A stretch of 63,088 nt of DNA, counting the filler, from Reticulomyxa filosa (lineage: Eukaryota > Protista > Foraminifera), in assembly GCA_000512085.1 (NCBI GenBank). It is 23 parts of 23 records of this genome, joined end to end, with 100 filler letters (N's around TTAATTAATTAA, not from the genome) between each part and the next. Parts side by side here need not be neighbours in the genome. Positions count along the whole stretch, not along the records: positions 23,360 to 26,116 come from ASPP01001243.1; positions 26,217 to 27,539 come from ASPP01024605.1; positions 27,640 to 30,729 come from ASPP01023311.1; positions 30,830 to 32,417 come from ASPP01001787.1; positions 32,518 to 33,784 come from ASPP01010978.1; positions 33,885 to 37,289 come from ASPP01021822.1; 17 more parts are not named here. The stretch is one strand, 5' to 3'. The translations under genes and the position numbers were made by a program. The notes below the pieces were generated by a model. It searched no databases. It saw only the letters and a program-made list of their open reading frames with translations, and had not been told where the DNA came from. Numbering within the stretch: position 1 is the first letter of the stretch; every line of letters begins with the position of its first letter. Of this stretch, positions 23,432 to 36,541 are shown piece after piece.

Positions 23432-24846
23432 CTAGAATGTTAATTTGAAATTGGAGAAAAATCAAAAAAACTGAAAAGTATTTTAAAAAATTTATTTATT
23501 TTAAAAATCTCGTCTTTAGCTATGCAGGCATCCCAATTGAGCTATTTGACTGTCGCGTTGCTCAGATATGAGGTATCACTTCTCTTCATACGACTGCGAC
23601 GTCTGACTCTTTTTAAAGATATCGAAAACAAATTTTTTAAAACTTCAATTTCAAATATCATTAAAACAAGACCAAAACTTCACTCACACTATTGTCAATT
23701 ACATAAAAAAAACGTTCATCCTTGGACTGAGTTTTTTCTTGCTTAATCTCGTGTTCTTGGTCGCTGCTAGCATTTGTGATCGTGATAATTGCATATTTTC
23801 TCCTTTATCCCAACATCTCCATTGACAACTCGCTTTATCTCCTAAAAGGAATTATCATGAAATATTTATATTCAATTTACTTCATTAGCGAACATTCCAC
23901 ATTAAATGTGTTGTCATTATATCGTTAATTTATATTATGAATAATATTGTGAAAAATACATATCTTTGAGGAACCTATTATTGAATTCCATCCAATCCCA
24001 TTCTGAAACTCCATCCAAATGGGAATCCAATGATTCAAATATTGCATTTCTAAAAAAGCCACTTACCATTATCAAGACTAATTGATATTTTGAGATAATA
24101 TGTTATATGTAATATCATCCTGTTTCTATTTACATGCTTGTCATGTCAAAATCTCAACATGTGTGATGAAAATAGATCCTGAATATCATACATCAAGAAT
24201 ATACCGCAATCCAAAAAAATGAAAAAAAAGTAACACTTATTGTAGTCGCTTTATCTTCGGCCCAAAAGGCCAGTAAACACCAAGAAAAGCTTTTATGTCC
24301 TACTTTCAATTTGTTTCAAATTTTCTTTTTGTTGTATTATGGCAGTGTTTGTTTGATGTCATTTGATTCTGCGAAATTTGATAAATAAATGTTTATTCAA
24401 TTACTCATTATTGTTCTACAATATATTTGTGCTCATGTAGATACTCAAATAATTTAGTACAATAACTTTTACACGATTTTTTGTTTTAAAAAAGCTTTAT
24501 TTACTTTTTTAAAATTTCTAATCTAGTGAACTATTCGTTATCGAAAAACGTTTTTTATCAAACATTTAGAAATTTAACATTGTGCTTCACTTGTGTTGTT
24601 TTTTTATATGCGACACAAGTAGAAGGCGTGGCAACAAGTTCAATGCAATTGATGTGCACATTGTTTACTCACAAAAAAGGAAAAAAAAATGTCACTCATT
24701 AAAAAATAAGCAGCATACAAAATGCGAGAACAACATTATACAAAGAAAATTTGTTTGTAGATTTATTTTTTTCAAAATAGAAAAACAAACTATATATAAA
24801 ATCGAGAAATTGTTTTAATTGTAAAATATAGTTGCGAAGTTTGATA

Positions 24847-26100
24847 TTACTTGCCACTTCCTTCGACTTGTTTATGCTTGATTAAAATTTCATCCAACAT
24901 TTGCACCGTTGTTTGATCTTTTGCAGTCTTTGGGAGGCTTTTGGGATGATGTTGCTTTTGTTTTGCTTTTTGAAGCGTATCAATTTGATGTTCGAACAAT
25001 TTTGCTTTTTCATTTACTGACTTTCTGCTGACATGTCCTTTGTCTGACTTTTTTTTGGAATCTTCTGAAACATTTTCGAGGTTAAGTATTTCAGACCGGC
25101 TGCTGTTGTGTCCTGGTTTGGATTTGACATCTTGAAGGAACAAAGAGCTTACTTTGACTTTATTTGCTTGTTTGGATCGACTTGAAGGTTCCGAATCACT
25201 TTGTTTGGACTCTGAATTGGCTTTATTTTTTTTAGAGGCGTCCATTCCAGTTTGAACGTCTGTCCAAGTTTGGAGAGCGTGAGAATATGCATCTCCGCTG
25301 GACTCATAGCAAAACTCCATCTTTTCCATTGCTTTAAGGAGAGGTTTCGGAGAAAATGGTAGCAATTTGCACTCATGCAATGTATGGATATGCATGCGAA
25401 GGCGAATAAGTATGCCCATTACTCGATTGACTTGTTCTATTACGTTAATAAGATGTTTTTCAAGTGAATAATCAAAAAATTAACATATAGCATTATATAT
25501 GTGTATATGCATATATGTATATCTAAAAAGATATAAACCAGCATCAGCACTAGTTGGATGCCAATTAAACGTCATTCTTTTACAAAACCGAATCAAATAT
25601 TCGGTGAAACTAGTTTCATTTCCAATGATCCAGTCTAGCAATAAGGAATGATCTGCGTCGACAAGTTCGATAAAATCGTGCAACAATAAAAATGGATCAA
25701 ATAAATAGCGGACTCGTTTGGCGAGTCGTGAGTTGGAACGACGTAGTGCGGTTTCAATCATTAAAAGTTCCAGTAACACATCAATTAGCACATCGTCTTC
25801 TTCGCAGCACATTTCCAAAATGCGATGTCGAGTGTAGCTGGCGTCGCGAGAGAAAAAGTTACGAATCTTACGAGCCGTTCTGCTGTCAAATTCTCCTTCC
25901 AATCGGTCGACTACTTGCAAGTCTTCATCCATTGGCTCATCTGTCCATGCACTGACTGGAGTTTTTGGCGATTTGCTACTCATTGCTGCATCAAAGTTAT
26001 ATTGATTTTCTTCATCGTCTTTTTCTTCTTTGACAGAGCTTTTTCTTCGTGATTCCCTTCGTTCGAGTTCGACTTCCATTTGTTCAATGCGTGCCAGCTA
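24847..26100 (-). CDS. Protein Lines homolog, 3' part; intron 25538-25437
   Basis: EEDDVLIDVLLELL...DHSLLLDWIIGNETSFTEYLIRF and VMGILIRLRMHIHTL....LLPFSPKPLLKAME match the LINES_N and LINES_C patterns. The splice keeps the frame. Confidence 0.8.
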
Positions 26101-26216
26101 TTTCAAAAAAAAAAAANNNNNNNNNNNNNNNNNNNNNNNNNNNNNNNNNNNNNNNNNNNNTTAATTAATTAANNNNNNNNNNNNNNNNNNNNNNNNNNNN
26201 NNNNNNNNNNNNNNNN

Positions 26217-26861
26217 ATTCGTTTATGGGACGTTGAAACATCAAAATCATTACATGTTTTCGATGGACATGAAGATTTTATTTTATGTGTTGATATTTCA
26301 CCATTACAAAACAATAACAAAAATTATTATAATAATAATAAAATGAATAATATTGGTGTTATTGGTGGAAATGGATATACAATTTGTTCTGGATCAACTG
26401 ATAAAACCATTCGAATATGGGATATTGAAACAACCAAAGAATTAAATATATTCAAAGGACATGAAAGACAGATTAGTAGTGTAAAATATGGATCAAACGA
26501 ATTATCAAATATAATATTATCTGGATCATATGATAACAGTATTCGTTTGTGGGACATTCGATCTAGTCAACAAATTCAAGCTTTTAATAAACATACAGCT
26601 CCTGTATTGTCTGTTGAATATTCACAATTTGTAATAAAGAATATCAATGGTAGTTCAAATGTGATATGCTCTGGATCAATTGGTAATACAATTCGTTTTT
26701 GGGATATTCGATCAAGTAATCAATTGTATGCGATCAAAGGAAATGATGACGGAGATGGAACAATTTGTCTTAAATTTTTTAGATTAAAAAATAAAGATAA
26801 TGTAAATGATATTAAATTGTGCTATGGATCATATAAAGGTAGCATTCGTATTTGGGGATAA
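26217..26861 (+). CDS. WD40-repeat protein, 3' part (expanded family)
   Basis: Repeats GH..I.SV...SGS.D..IR.WDI and IGVIGGNGYTICSGSTDKTIRIWD; ends IRIWG*. Confidence 0.92.
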   Translation: MRLWDVETSKSLHVFDGHEDFILCVDISPLQNNNKNYYNNNKMNNIGVIGGNGYTICSGSTDKTIRIWDIETTKELNIFKGHERQISSVKYGSNELSNIILSGSYDNSIRLWDIRSSQQIQAFNKHTAPVLSVEYSQFVIKNINGSSNVICSGSIGNTIRFWDIRSSNQLYAIKGNDDGDGTICLKFFRLKNKDNVNDIKLCYGSYKGSIRIWG

Positions 26862-27673
26862 TTTATTTTTTTTAACAAATAAAAACACTACGAAAAAGTT
26901 AACGATATACGAATAATGTTTGTTTGTAAAAAAGTGAAAATAAATTCAATCAGCGACTTGGCTGACAATTATTTGAAAAGAAATGCTTAATTAAATATGA
27001 TAAATAATTCAATGAAAAATTGGATAGAATTGTAATTCTATTCATTGTTACACTGCTATGTTTTTCGGAGATCAACTTTGCACAAATTCACTAAAAAATA
27101 ATTGAAATTTTGCTAAGGAAATAAAAAATTGAAACAAAATATTCCACTCGATTTGAAAGAGAGATTGTATTCAAAAATATCCAATATATTGAATTCTTGT
27201 TTGTCAGTACATCTCGATTTTTGTAATTTTAATAAAATAGAAGCGTTAAGATTCTATTGAAACATAATATTGTCAGTTGCAGCTAAAATAATTTTCTTAC
27301 TTCTGATAAAAAACTTACTTACATTCTTTACGATATCATTATACCTATAATTTAATATTTTTTTATTCATTATTTGTATAATTTTGTCAAAATCGTTTAC
27401 CGTTTTGATTTAATTTCCAAAACTGATTCCGCTTTTCAATTATTGCCCTTATAATATTTCTGGCTAGGATTCGTCAAGTATAGTAAAACTCATTGTTTTG
27501 AGTTATAATATCAAAGTATTTGTAGTATAAGTCCCTATTNNNNNNNNNNNNNNNNNNNNNNNNNNNNNNNNNNNNNNNNNNNNTTAATTAATTAANNNNN
27601 NNNNNNNNNNNNNNNNNNNNNNNNNNNNNNNNNNNNNNNAAATTTCTGTGTTTTTAATTTGTTATTTTCTTAT

Positions 27674-28234
27674 CTAAAGATAGTATATAGCTCTTTTAAT
27701 ATTGTGTTTTTTTTTAATTACCGAATACAATTTCCTTTTTTGATAGATATAAGTTCTATTCCGGTTCCATTGTCTATTCTCTTGTCTCAAAAAGTGATTA
27801 TTACCACGTCTAGGGTAATCACGATACCAAGGTCTACAATAACCTGTGTAACTGTCGTCATGCTTATAGGCAAAACTATTACGCTGGTCTGTATCTTGAT
27901 GTGAAGGAACATTTCTATTACTTCTTTGTTTGAATTTGTTGGCACGTGGTCGATAATATCGTGTATTTTGGTTACAATTGTTTTCATAATGCCATCTGTA
28001 ATTACTATGTTGGTTCAATGTTCTTTGATGATCCTCAAAGTCTTGATTATAAAACATTTCAGTCGCATTGGGCTCAATTTCAAATGGATCACGCCTTTTA
28101 TACTTGATGTTACGATGTCTTTCTTGACTATCGTAGTTGTCATAACCTGAGACACGATCTGCGCCTCTTCGATTACTGTACTTTGATCGATGAAACTCAC
28201 TAATATGTTCACCTATCCGGCTTGCCATTTGCAA
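27674..28234 (-). CDS. Hypothetical R/N/Y-rich protein (possibly repeat- or retroelement-derived)
   Basis: 186-aa low-complexity ORF; no motif recognised. Confidence 0.3.
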   Translation of the reverse strand: MQMASRIGEHISEFHRSKYSNRRGADRVSGYDNYDSQERHRNIKYKRRDPFEIEPNATEMFYNQDFEDHQRTLNQHSNYRWHYENNCNQNTRYYRPRANKFKQRSNRNVPSHQDTDQRNSFAYKHDDSYTGYCRPWYRDYPRRGNNHFLRQENRQWNRNRTYIYQKRKLYSVIKKKHNIKRAIYYL

Positions 28235-30829
28235 TGATTTGGATTAATTAGATGCCAAAATTGAATCAATATTGATTTCTAGTCATGTCCCTTCGTTTGT
28301 AAAAAAGCTACAAAAAAACTACAAAGCAGTTTTAATGTGTTGCCATTCGAAAATAGGTAAAAAGGAAGTTCCGAACATAAAAATCAACAGTGGATCAACA
28401 AACTACATAGTTATTTTATCAATGTCTATCAGTATGTTTGATTTTTAGCTTGAATATATTTTTTTGGAATAAAATTACAAATTTGAGTTAAAGTATTGTT
28501 TTATTGTCTCAAAAAAAACTCGATAAGATCAATGGAAAAAATGTTAAAATTGTTAACAAAAAACAAGTGTGGGTAAATTGTTAATATAATAACACGATGT
28601 GAAGAATGATTATTTTAAAAAATTAAACTATGTTATTTTTTTTTTGCAAAAGACAGTGCAAATTATTTGATAATATTGAAAAACAAATTTAAATTTAAAA
28701 AAAGAACCTTACAATTTGGAAAATCAATCTCTTTCATACATGGACATATGACAATACGAAAAATGACAGAAGAACTATGATATTAAAAGTTTTTTTTTGA
28801 CGTGTTGCGATGATGAGAGGAGCGAACCAAAATAGAGACCTTGGACGACGAGCTTCGTTATCGTTATCCAAAATTGCTTTTGAGGAAGGATGGACAATAA
28901 AACAGTGGAAGCAATCGTTTTGACAAAAATTGTAATAATGGCTCAAAATTATTCCCATTTGCACGCATCGTCCCGCCTAGAAGCAAAGGGATATCATCGA
29001 TACGTCCATTTTTATTGTCTTTGCTTCAAACACACGTGACAAGATTAAATCATTAAAAGCACTTCATCTTTGGAGGGTTTCATTTTATTTTATTTATTTT
29101 TTAGCATTGGCATACAAAAGTAGTTATTATATCCATCCAATAGGTCCAAATCTACGTTCAAGTCCAAAATTTTTTTCGCTAACAACAGATTATCCAAAAA
29201 TTTTCTTTGTGTTCGCTTCTGCAAACGCTTTATATCGCTTTGGATATCATCTAAAACTGTCCATGCTATCAATAAGATATTTGGTGACATCAGATTTCAA
29301 AGCCATTTGCCATACGAACAATAACTTGCACTTATTGATATTCTCGCCAAATGCAAAATCTTTTGCGCATGATTGAAGTTTGGAGGCAATAACTCCAAGA
29401 TATCCAATTTTGGACCATTTGAGTCATTCTGCCAATTTTTGAATAAGAAGAAAAGCTCTTCTGGCTATCTTTTACTGTAACAATGGCCATTGTTACAGTA
29501 ACAGCAGTTATCAAATATATGATAAAAGAACAAACTGACATCATGATAAAAAAATCTGGAGCACAGGAAGAAAAGATCCAACAAAGAGACCACAGAAACG
29601 TACACACATAAACACAACCACAGGAACATACTAACAGGAACCACGTGAACATATCAACAGGACCAAAGAGTAATGAAGGAGCACATAAACTGACGGCGAC
29701 GCAGGAGGAAAACCGGTCGAACTAGCTGCTTGTATCCATCCATACGTATAATCTTTAGAACGCATCCATTGTGATCAAAATCTTGCATGTATCTTTGTTT
29801 TTATTACGCAATCCATTATCCACGCAACTATATTTTTTTTTATAATAAAAAACAGTGCTAATAACATAGCCAAAAAATAAAATAAAATATTTGAGTTTTT
29901 TTTGTAACACAAACTTTTTTCAATGTTTTTTTTTTAACCTGTCGTAAGCTTATTGAAGAACAACATGATACATTCTTTTTTCTTTTTTGCTACTTGCTAC
30001 AGCACCACCAATATCTTCAAAAATTAATATTAAAAAAATTACAACAGTAGGACAAAAGAACTCAAGATCAAGAAAACAACAAGTAAGTTTGAACAATATG
30101 ACAAAAAAGTTCACTCTAAAACGTTTCCTTTTTAAAAAAATTTTTGATTTGTAATGCTTATACTTTTTAAGTTGTATGCGCAACAGTGTTATTGCAATTA
30201 TACTCTTTATTTTTGCTTGCCAAAAAAGAAGAAGAAGAAGTGATGCGATGTCGTGCTTGAGTTTTCTTATCAATCATAACAGAGGTAGTCAGTCCCATAA
30301 TTAATCGTGAAGTAATACATATATTTCTAAAGAAATCACTCAATTCACCGTTTTTCTTTTTCACAGTTCTTAAATGACAAAGCAATCAACAAGCTAGCTT
30401 TTACGGGATCTCATTTCATCATTAAGAAAAAAAAATTACTCAAAGACTGTACTAGCGTCAAGTTTTTACATTTAACCCTTTGCTGCAATTGAAATTTGAA
30501 CTGAAAATTCCTAACGTTTTCCCTTTTTGTGTAAACAGCCAAGAAAAAACAAATTATTTAAATAAGAGCGAATATGTTACATTCGTTTTTTGCGCGAGGA
30601 CAGCAATGAAATTTACAAATAGTCTGTTTTTATTTTCATCTTTAACAACTAGTGGTTTATCTATTTCTCACGATTTCAGTATTTAGAGTATTTTATCTTT
30701 TTTAGCTTTTAAAAGTGGAATTTTGTGGCNNNNNNNNNNNNNNNNNNNNNNNNNNNNNNNNNNNNNNNNNNNNTTAATTAATTAANNNNNNNNNNNNNNN
30801 NNNNNNNNNNNNNNNNNNNNNNNNNNNNN

Positions 30830-30985
30830 CAATTTATCTTGTGATTGGTAGTATCGCTTCAGTTTTTGTTTGACTGAATTTAATTGTCCGTTTTCACTTT
30901 GTGCTTTTCTGTTGTCGTTTTTTTCTTCGTTACTACTTGAAGCTTGTGCAAGAAGATCCTCTTCTGCTCCTAGTTGGCCTCCCAT
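30830..30985 (-). CDS. N-terminus of a probable NACHT/NLR-like family protein, truncated by contig end
   Basis: MG start and VKQKLKRYYQSQDKL, resembling the helix that precedes the NACHT domain in this expanded family. The NTPase itself is not visible. Confidence 0.45.
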
Positions 30986-31695
30986 GGTGACTTTTTCCTC
31001 TAAACTGTCGAAAATTTTTGCTGAAGGGGCTTGTTTAAAGTTTTTTAGAGTTTTTGTTTAAGCTTGTAGAGTTTTTTTTGTCAACTGGATTTTTTGTACA
31101 ATTTCAATGTACCTCACAAGTTTTTCAACAATAAACTGTTAGCTAAAAATATTGACAAGGATCACAGTTTTTTTGAATAAAATACTCCGATTTGTCGTTC
31201 CTTTGAAAGAAAAAGCTGAATTGTATCAGATAGTTTTATTTGTTAGGATCTTCCCCTAATTGATGCAAAATTATTATTTTTTGTTCAATTTGTTACTTGA
31301 AAAACTAGAGTTATGTTTTGTCTTTTGAAGAAAGTGCTGTTTAAACAAAATAAATTATTTTAATTTTGTTTATAGATTTTTTAAGAGCACAAGATCGAGA
31401 GTAGTTGCTGCTTTTATTTTCTTATCAATGTTCATCACGGTTAAGAAAAAGGACTTTTTTTTTTCCCGAATTGTGCCTTTCTTTGTTTTTCCTCCAGTGA
31501 GAAAAAAAAATACAAAATGATCTGATACTTTGTGTACGTGACAAAGTAATAATTTTTTTTTTTTTTTGGGTGAGATATGTGTCATCCACAAATGCATATC
31601 TGTCTGATGAAGCAGGAAAAAAAAAAATTTTTTTTTTGGAAAATGACCCCGTTTGTTTTCACTGATTTGACGAGGCTGGGATTTTTCATTTTCCG

Positions 31696-32353
31696 TTATG
31701 GCAGCGCTTGCTTCTTGTTCCTTGTTGCTTTCATTGGAAGCCACATTCGCTTCTTATTTTTTCTTTTTCTTTTCATTTCCATTTTCTTTATCTTTATCTT
31801 TTTTTTTTTTAAATTGTCTGGAAAAGCATAAATATCGCCATATTCGCTCAGTTCGTCCCATTCTTTTGGCATTAGTCTTGGTTTCGTGTTTTTCCAATAC
31901 TGGTTGTTATTCATATATAATTCCTTTTTTGTCGCTGTCATATTCGTCCGTGAACTTTTCCAATCAATTTTATATGAGGTCTTTTTTTTTGGTCCCCTTT
32001 TTTTTTTTTTTAAGGGCGGAAAGACGCAATATTGAATTGTGAACGTATTATAGGTAGATACCAACAAAAAAAGAACTTTATGCTCCTTTGGCCAGTCAAG
32101 GTTTTTCTTTTGTCTAAAAAAGACACCGTCCTTTCGATTGAATAATGGGCTGTCTTTGAATAAGAAATCAAATTTCAATTTCCAGTGAATCCATACTGTT
32201 TGCCTCGTGAAGTGGCACCGAAACTAGATCTTCTCGCGTTAGTTGTATTTTCAAGTCTTTGATAAACACATCTGCTACATCTATCTTCACAAAGATGTTC
32301 TTTTTATCTTGGGCCCATAAAAAATTCTGAGGCAATGGTTTTACTATTACCAT
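31696..32353 (-). CDS. p23/Sba1-like CS-domain Hsp90 co-chaperone (intron plus homopolymer frameshifts)
   Basis: FLWAQDKKNIFVKIDV, DWPK, and KIDW.KFTDEYDSD after a frame correction; charged tail. Confidence 0.7.
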
Positions 32354-32517
32354 TCTCCCCTTTTTTCAAAACCTAGTTTCCCCCCGGAAACAAAAATTTT
32401 TATGACCACAAAAAAGANNNNNNNNNNNNNNNNNNNNNNNNNNNNNNNNNNNNNNNNNNNNTTAATTAATTAANNNNNNNNNNNNNNNNNNNNNNNNNNN
32501 NNNNNNNNNNNNNNNNN

Positions 32518-32554
<37 letters not shown>

Positions 32555-32580
32555 TTTTGAATAATATAAAATAAATAAAG

Positions 32581-33163
32581 ATGGATGCACAAGAATTTAT
32601 GAATTATTTATTTGATAACATTGAAAATGAAATGAAAGGAACGCTTGCGGAGCAACTGTTGAAAGAGGAATTCTCAGGCAAACAGATTAACCAAATCATA
32701 TGTCAGGAGTGCAATTACATAAGCGAAAACTCGGAGCCCATTTACTTTGTCCCGGCGCAGATCCAAAATCATGCGAGTTTGGAAGAGAGCTTGGAGTCAC
32801 ATGTGAAAGGCGAGTGGTTACAAGGGCCAAATGCTTATCGCTGCAGCGGGTGCGAAAAAAAAGTGACGGCGTTGAAGCGCTCTTGTTTCAGCACGTTACC
32901 ACACACGCTAATGATCCATTTGAAACGTTTCGAGTTTAATTTGGAGTCTTTGACTCGTGTCAAAGTCAATTCAAAGCTGTCTTTTCCAACGCACTTGGAC
33001 ATGACCAAGTATTGCAAAGAATATCTAGACACTGTCGAACACAGAGATAATAAATCCAATTCACCCGTAATTACTACTCATGAATATGAATTGGTTGGAA
33101 TACTGGTGCATTCCGGAGGTGCCGATGCTGGTCATTATTACTCGTTACGTAATTTCCAATTTT

Positions 33164-33210
<47 letters not shown>

Positions 33211-33784
33211 ATGTTTGTGTTTGTGTGACTTGGACTTTTTTTGCTTGTGAAATCCATGTTTCATTGCGACAACAGATACATTCGAGAACAACTGAACGAT
33301 GGATCGTTGGGCCAATGGCTGGAATTCAATGACGACCTGGTGACCTATTTCAATGCCAATCAAATTCCGGAAAAGTGCTTTGGCGGCACGCAAACCATGT
33401 CTCTGCAAGACAAAAATGGACAGTATGTGACTCGGATAATCGACAAATCGTACAGCGCATATTTATTAGCATATCGAAGAAAGGGGCTCGCCAATCCGCA
33501 TTTGGATATGGACACGAGTTTGTTTCATCGTCAAATCGACACTATAAAATGGCAGCAATTGAACGGTCAAATCCCTTCCAATGATCCACAGCCTGTTCCA
33601 CAATCGCAATTGCAATTGCAAACTGTTCAAAACACAACACAAGAATTGGCAAATCAAAAAAGAGCGGCTGAATTGGAGCGACTCCCTCGGAAAGAAAATG
33701 ACCCGGAAAATCAGAGGGATATGCATACGACCGGAGAAGACCTCCCAGAAGGTGAACAAGATCAGGAACAAGATCAGGAACAAG
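32581..33784 (+). CDS. Ubiquitin-specific protease (C19; USP9/24/34-like), internal exons 32581-33143 and 33276-33784
   Basis: DAQEF, C..C zinc pairs, LMIHLKRFEF, His box YELVGILVHSGGADAGHYYS|YIR (frame restored by intron 33144-33275), WLEFNDD and SAYLLAY. Confidence 0.93.
33166..33210 (+). repeat. (TGT)n microsatellite inside the USP intron
   Basis: About 15 perfect trinucleotide units; the source of the spurious poly-Cys and poly-Thr ORFs. Confidence 0.95.
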
Positions 33785-33884
33785 NNNNNNNNNNNNNNNN
33801 NNNNNNNNNNNNNNNNNNNNNNNNNNNNTTAATTAATTAANNNNNNNNNNNNNNNNNNNNNNNNNNNNNNNNNNNNNNNNNNNN

Positions 33885-34416
33885 ATTGGATTGCATGAAA
33901 CCAATCCAACTAATGTTCATCATTATGGTACTGTAGCCGGTACTTGGAATAGAAATACTGATCACAATCGTGAACAAAAATCTTCACTTTTTAAGTTTAT
34001 TAATACTAATATTATTTTTTTATTTTAAAAAAAAACAAAACAAAACATTATCTCATTTAAAATAAAATAGAAGATTACATATTACTGAAATTGTTGAAAA
34101 ACCTTCTCTCGAATATGCGAAAAAACATTTAAAAGTTGATAATGTCTCTAATGATAACTTTTTAACTGCATTTGGCTTATATATCTTAGATGGTGGTCGC
34201 TTATTAGAAATCATTGGAGATGATATTGAATGTAATCGCAGAAAAAATGGACGCTTTCAATTAACTACTGCCTTGGAAACTCTTCGAATAGAACAAGATC
34301 TACAAGGATATATGATTGATGGCGTTAGATTTGATATTGGTGCTTCACCTCAATCTTATGTTCAAACTCTTTCTGATTTCAGTTCTCCACATTTATCTAC
34401 TGAATCCAAATCATAA
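33885..34416 (+). CDS. Bacterial-type sugar-1-phosphate nucleotidyltransferase (GalU-like), 3' part; exons 33885-33994 and 34071-34416
   Basis: Not in the ORF track. Reads VHHYGTVAG...K|RLHITEIVEKPSLEYA...FGLYIL...NGRFQLTTALETLR...GVRFDIG, carrying the NTP_transferase/GalU VEKP, xQLT and DxG motifs. In-frame GT-AG intron. Confidence 0.82.
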
Positions 34417-34675
34417 TAAATCAAATGTTTACTTTTCTTAAACAACTTGTCGTTATTATCTTTAATTTATTTTTCGTTCCACATTTCTAAAATAAGAACA
34501 TCAAATCAACCAATATTTTTTTTCCTTCAATAAAATAAAAAATGTGACAATACTAAAAGAAATCCTTTCAAGAATTTTAAAAATACTGACTGTTGCTCTG
34601 CCTTAACGTGAAGAGGGGTTTTTAATAGAAATTTTCCAAGAATAAAGAAATTTCATAAAACGTTTTATTCAAATC

Positions 34676-36541
34676 ATGGCACAACATCCTGGAGGTACGT
34701 GACAGCAAGCCAAATCATTTCGTATGTAAAAGAAAAAAAGGTGGTTTTGTGTGAACCCCAAACAGGAGAAAAAGGCACTGACTCAAAGACAGATGAGGAG
34801 CATTACGTGGTGGACGTAAGCATAGTAAAAGCATCGAACTTAAAAAATGTGGACGTGACCCCTGGGGACAAATCGGACCCATATTGCATATGCACAATTA
34901 ATGATATGTCGCACCAAACCAAAACAATTGAGAACAATCTGAATCCAACGTGGAATGAGCACTGCACGTTCCTAACCCGAACTCAGCCAACGAATATAAA
35001 GTTTGAAATATGGGATTCGGATGGGGCATTAAAAGACGATAGCTTGGGAGAAGTGGTATTGCCATTGACAGGGTTCTTTGAACCAAATCACAGTGGTTAC
35101 GTATACCAAAAAAAAAAAATGATTAAAAAAAAAGAAAAGTAAAAGGAAATGCAAACACAAATACACAAAAAAAAAAAAAAAGGTTTCGACGGCTGGTTAG
35201 AATTGAAGGAGAAAGGAAATCAAAAAATTAATGTTTGCATAAAAGGAAAAAAAAATTGAACTTGAGCGCACTAGAAAAGGAAGTGAAGAACCTGCAAAAA
35301 ATTTTGGAAGAAGCCACAGCATCGGAGTTGAAGCTGAAGTCGCAACTGAGAGGGCAGGAAGAAAAAGTGCAAGCATTAGAGCAAGTAGCGGCTGAGTTAG
35401 AGAAAAGTTTGAAAGCGACCAAAGACCAGAGCGACACAGCAAAAAGCAATTTGGAACAGGAGAAAAGCCATATGCAGCAGGAGTACAAGAAACTGGCCGA
35501 CGAAAAGCAGCAGCTCGAAGCAAAGAATCAAGCATTGGAATCCAAATATCAAGCATTGGAATCCAAGTATCAAGGATTAGAATCCAAGTATCAAGGATTA
35601 GAATCCAAATATCAAGGATTAGAATCCAAAAATCAAGGATTAGAATCCGAATATCAAGAATTGGAATCCAAATATCAAGGACTGAAATCCAAAGTCCAAG
35701 AGCTCGAAACAAAGAACCAAGCACTTGAAACAAAATGCCAGGAACTTGAAGCAAGAAACCGGGAACTTGAAGAAAAGAGTGAAAGACTCAGGACGGAAAA
35801 CCAAGAGCTTACAAGTCGAGCTCAAACACTCAAGGCGACCATCAACGAACTCGAGACAGTGGTCGAGAAAATGATGGTCAAATACCGACAAACGTCGGAG
35901 GAATTGCAAGTTAAAAATGAAGAAAATTCGAGCTTACTCTCGTTGAACAATCAGAAAACACAAGAGTTAGAAGGATTGCTGGCGCAACAACACATGTCGG
36001 AAGCACAAAATAACGAATTGGCAGAACGATGCAACCAATTGGAGCGCCAGAATGAGGAATTGTGCAAAGAAATTGAGCTTTTACAATACCGATTACAAGA
36101 CTTGGAAGAGCACGCCAAAGCCTTGCAAGATGGAACTTCGCATAACAATAATCATGGTGATGACGAAACTATGCGTTCTTTACAACATATGATTGATGAT
36201 TTAACCGCTTCAAGTCAGAGATTAGAACAGGAAAAAAGCCAACTGCAAAATCAAATGAACACATTGACACAACAATTAGAATGTATGTGTATGTATGTAT
36301 ACGTAAAGAAAGGTTTCTAGTCAGGTCTAAAACTTAAATTAATTTCTCGTTTTTGATTTACTATTGACACTTGACAGCAATGACACGTGAAAGAGACTCT
36401 GAAGGACAACATGGAAATGGCAGAGTCAGTCTCAAAGTTAGTGGTAACAAGACACTTTTGATTGGAGGCTTGGCTGTTGCATCGACTATGGCGCTTGTTT
36501 TACTATGGCGCTTGAACAAACGAGGTATTGCCAACAAGTAA
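34676..36541 (+). CDS. C2-domain, long coiled-coil protein with C-terminal tail anchor (4 exons, one homopolymer frameshift near 35250)
   Basis: C2 motifs KASNL..VD....KSDPY, KTIENNLNPTWNE, EIWDSD...DDSLG; heptad repeats; last exon LLIGGLAVASTMALVLLW-RLNKRGIANK*. Introns 34695-34765, 35096-35182 and about 36283-36378. Confidence 0.8.
35517..35730 (+). repeat. 21-bp coding tandem repeat (ESKYQGL heptads)
   Basis: About 10 copies of a GAATCCAARTATCAAGGATTA-like unit. Confidence 0.9.

Noticed and set aside
33145-33408. Poly-Cys / poly-Thr proteins
   Set aside because: Translation of an intronic (TGT)n microsatellite.
35197-35754. Minus-strand ILDxWIL repeat protein
   Set aside because: Antisense reading of the 21-bp coiled-coil repeat.
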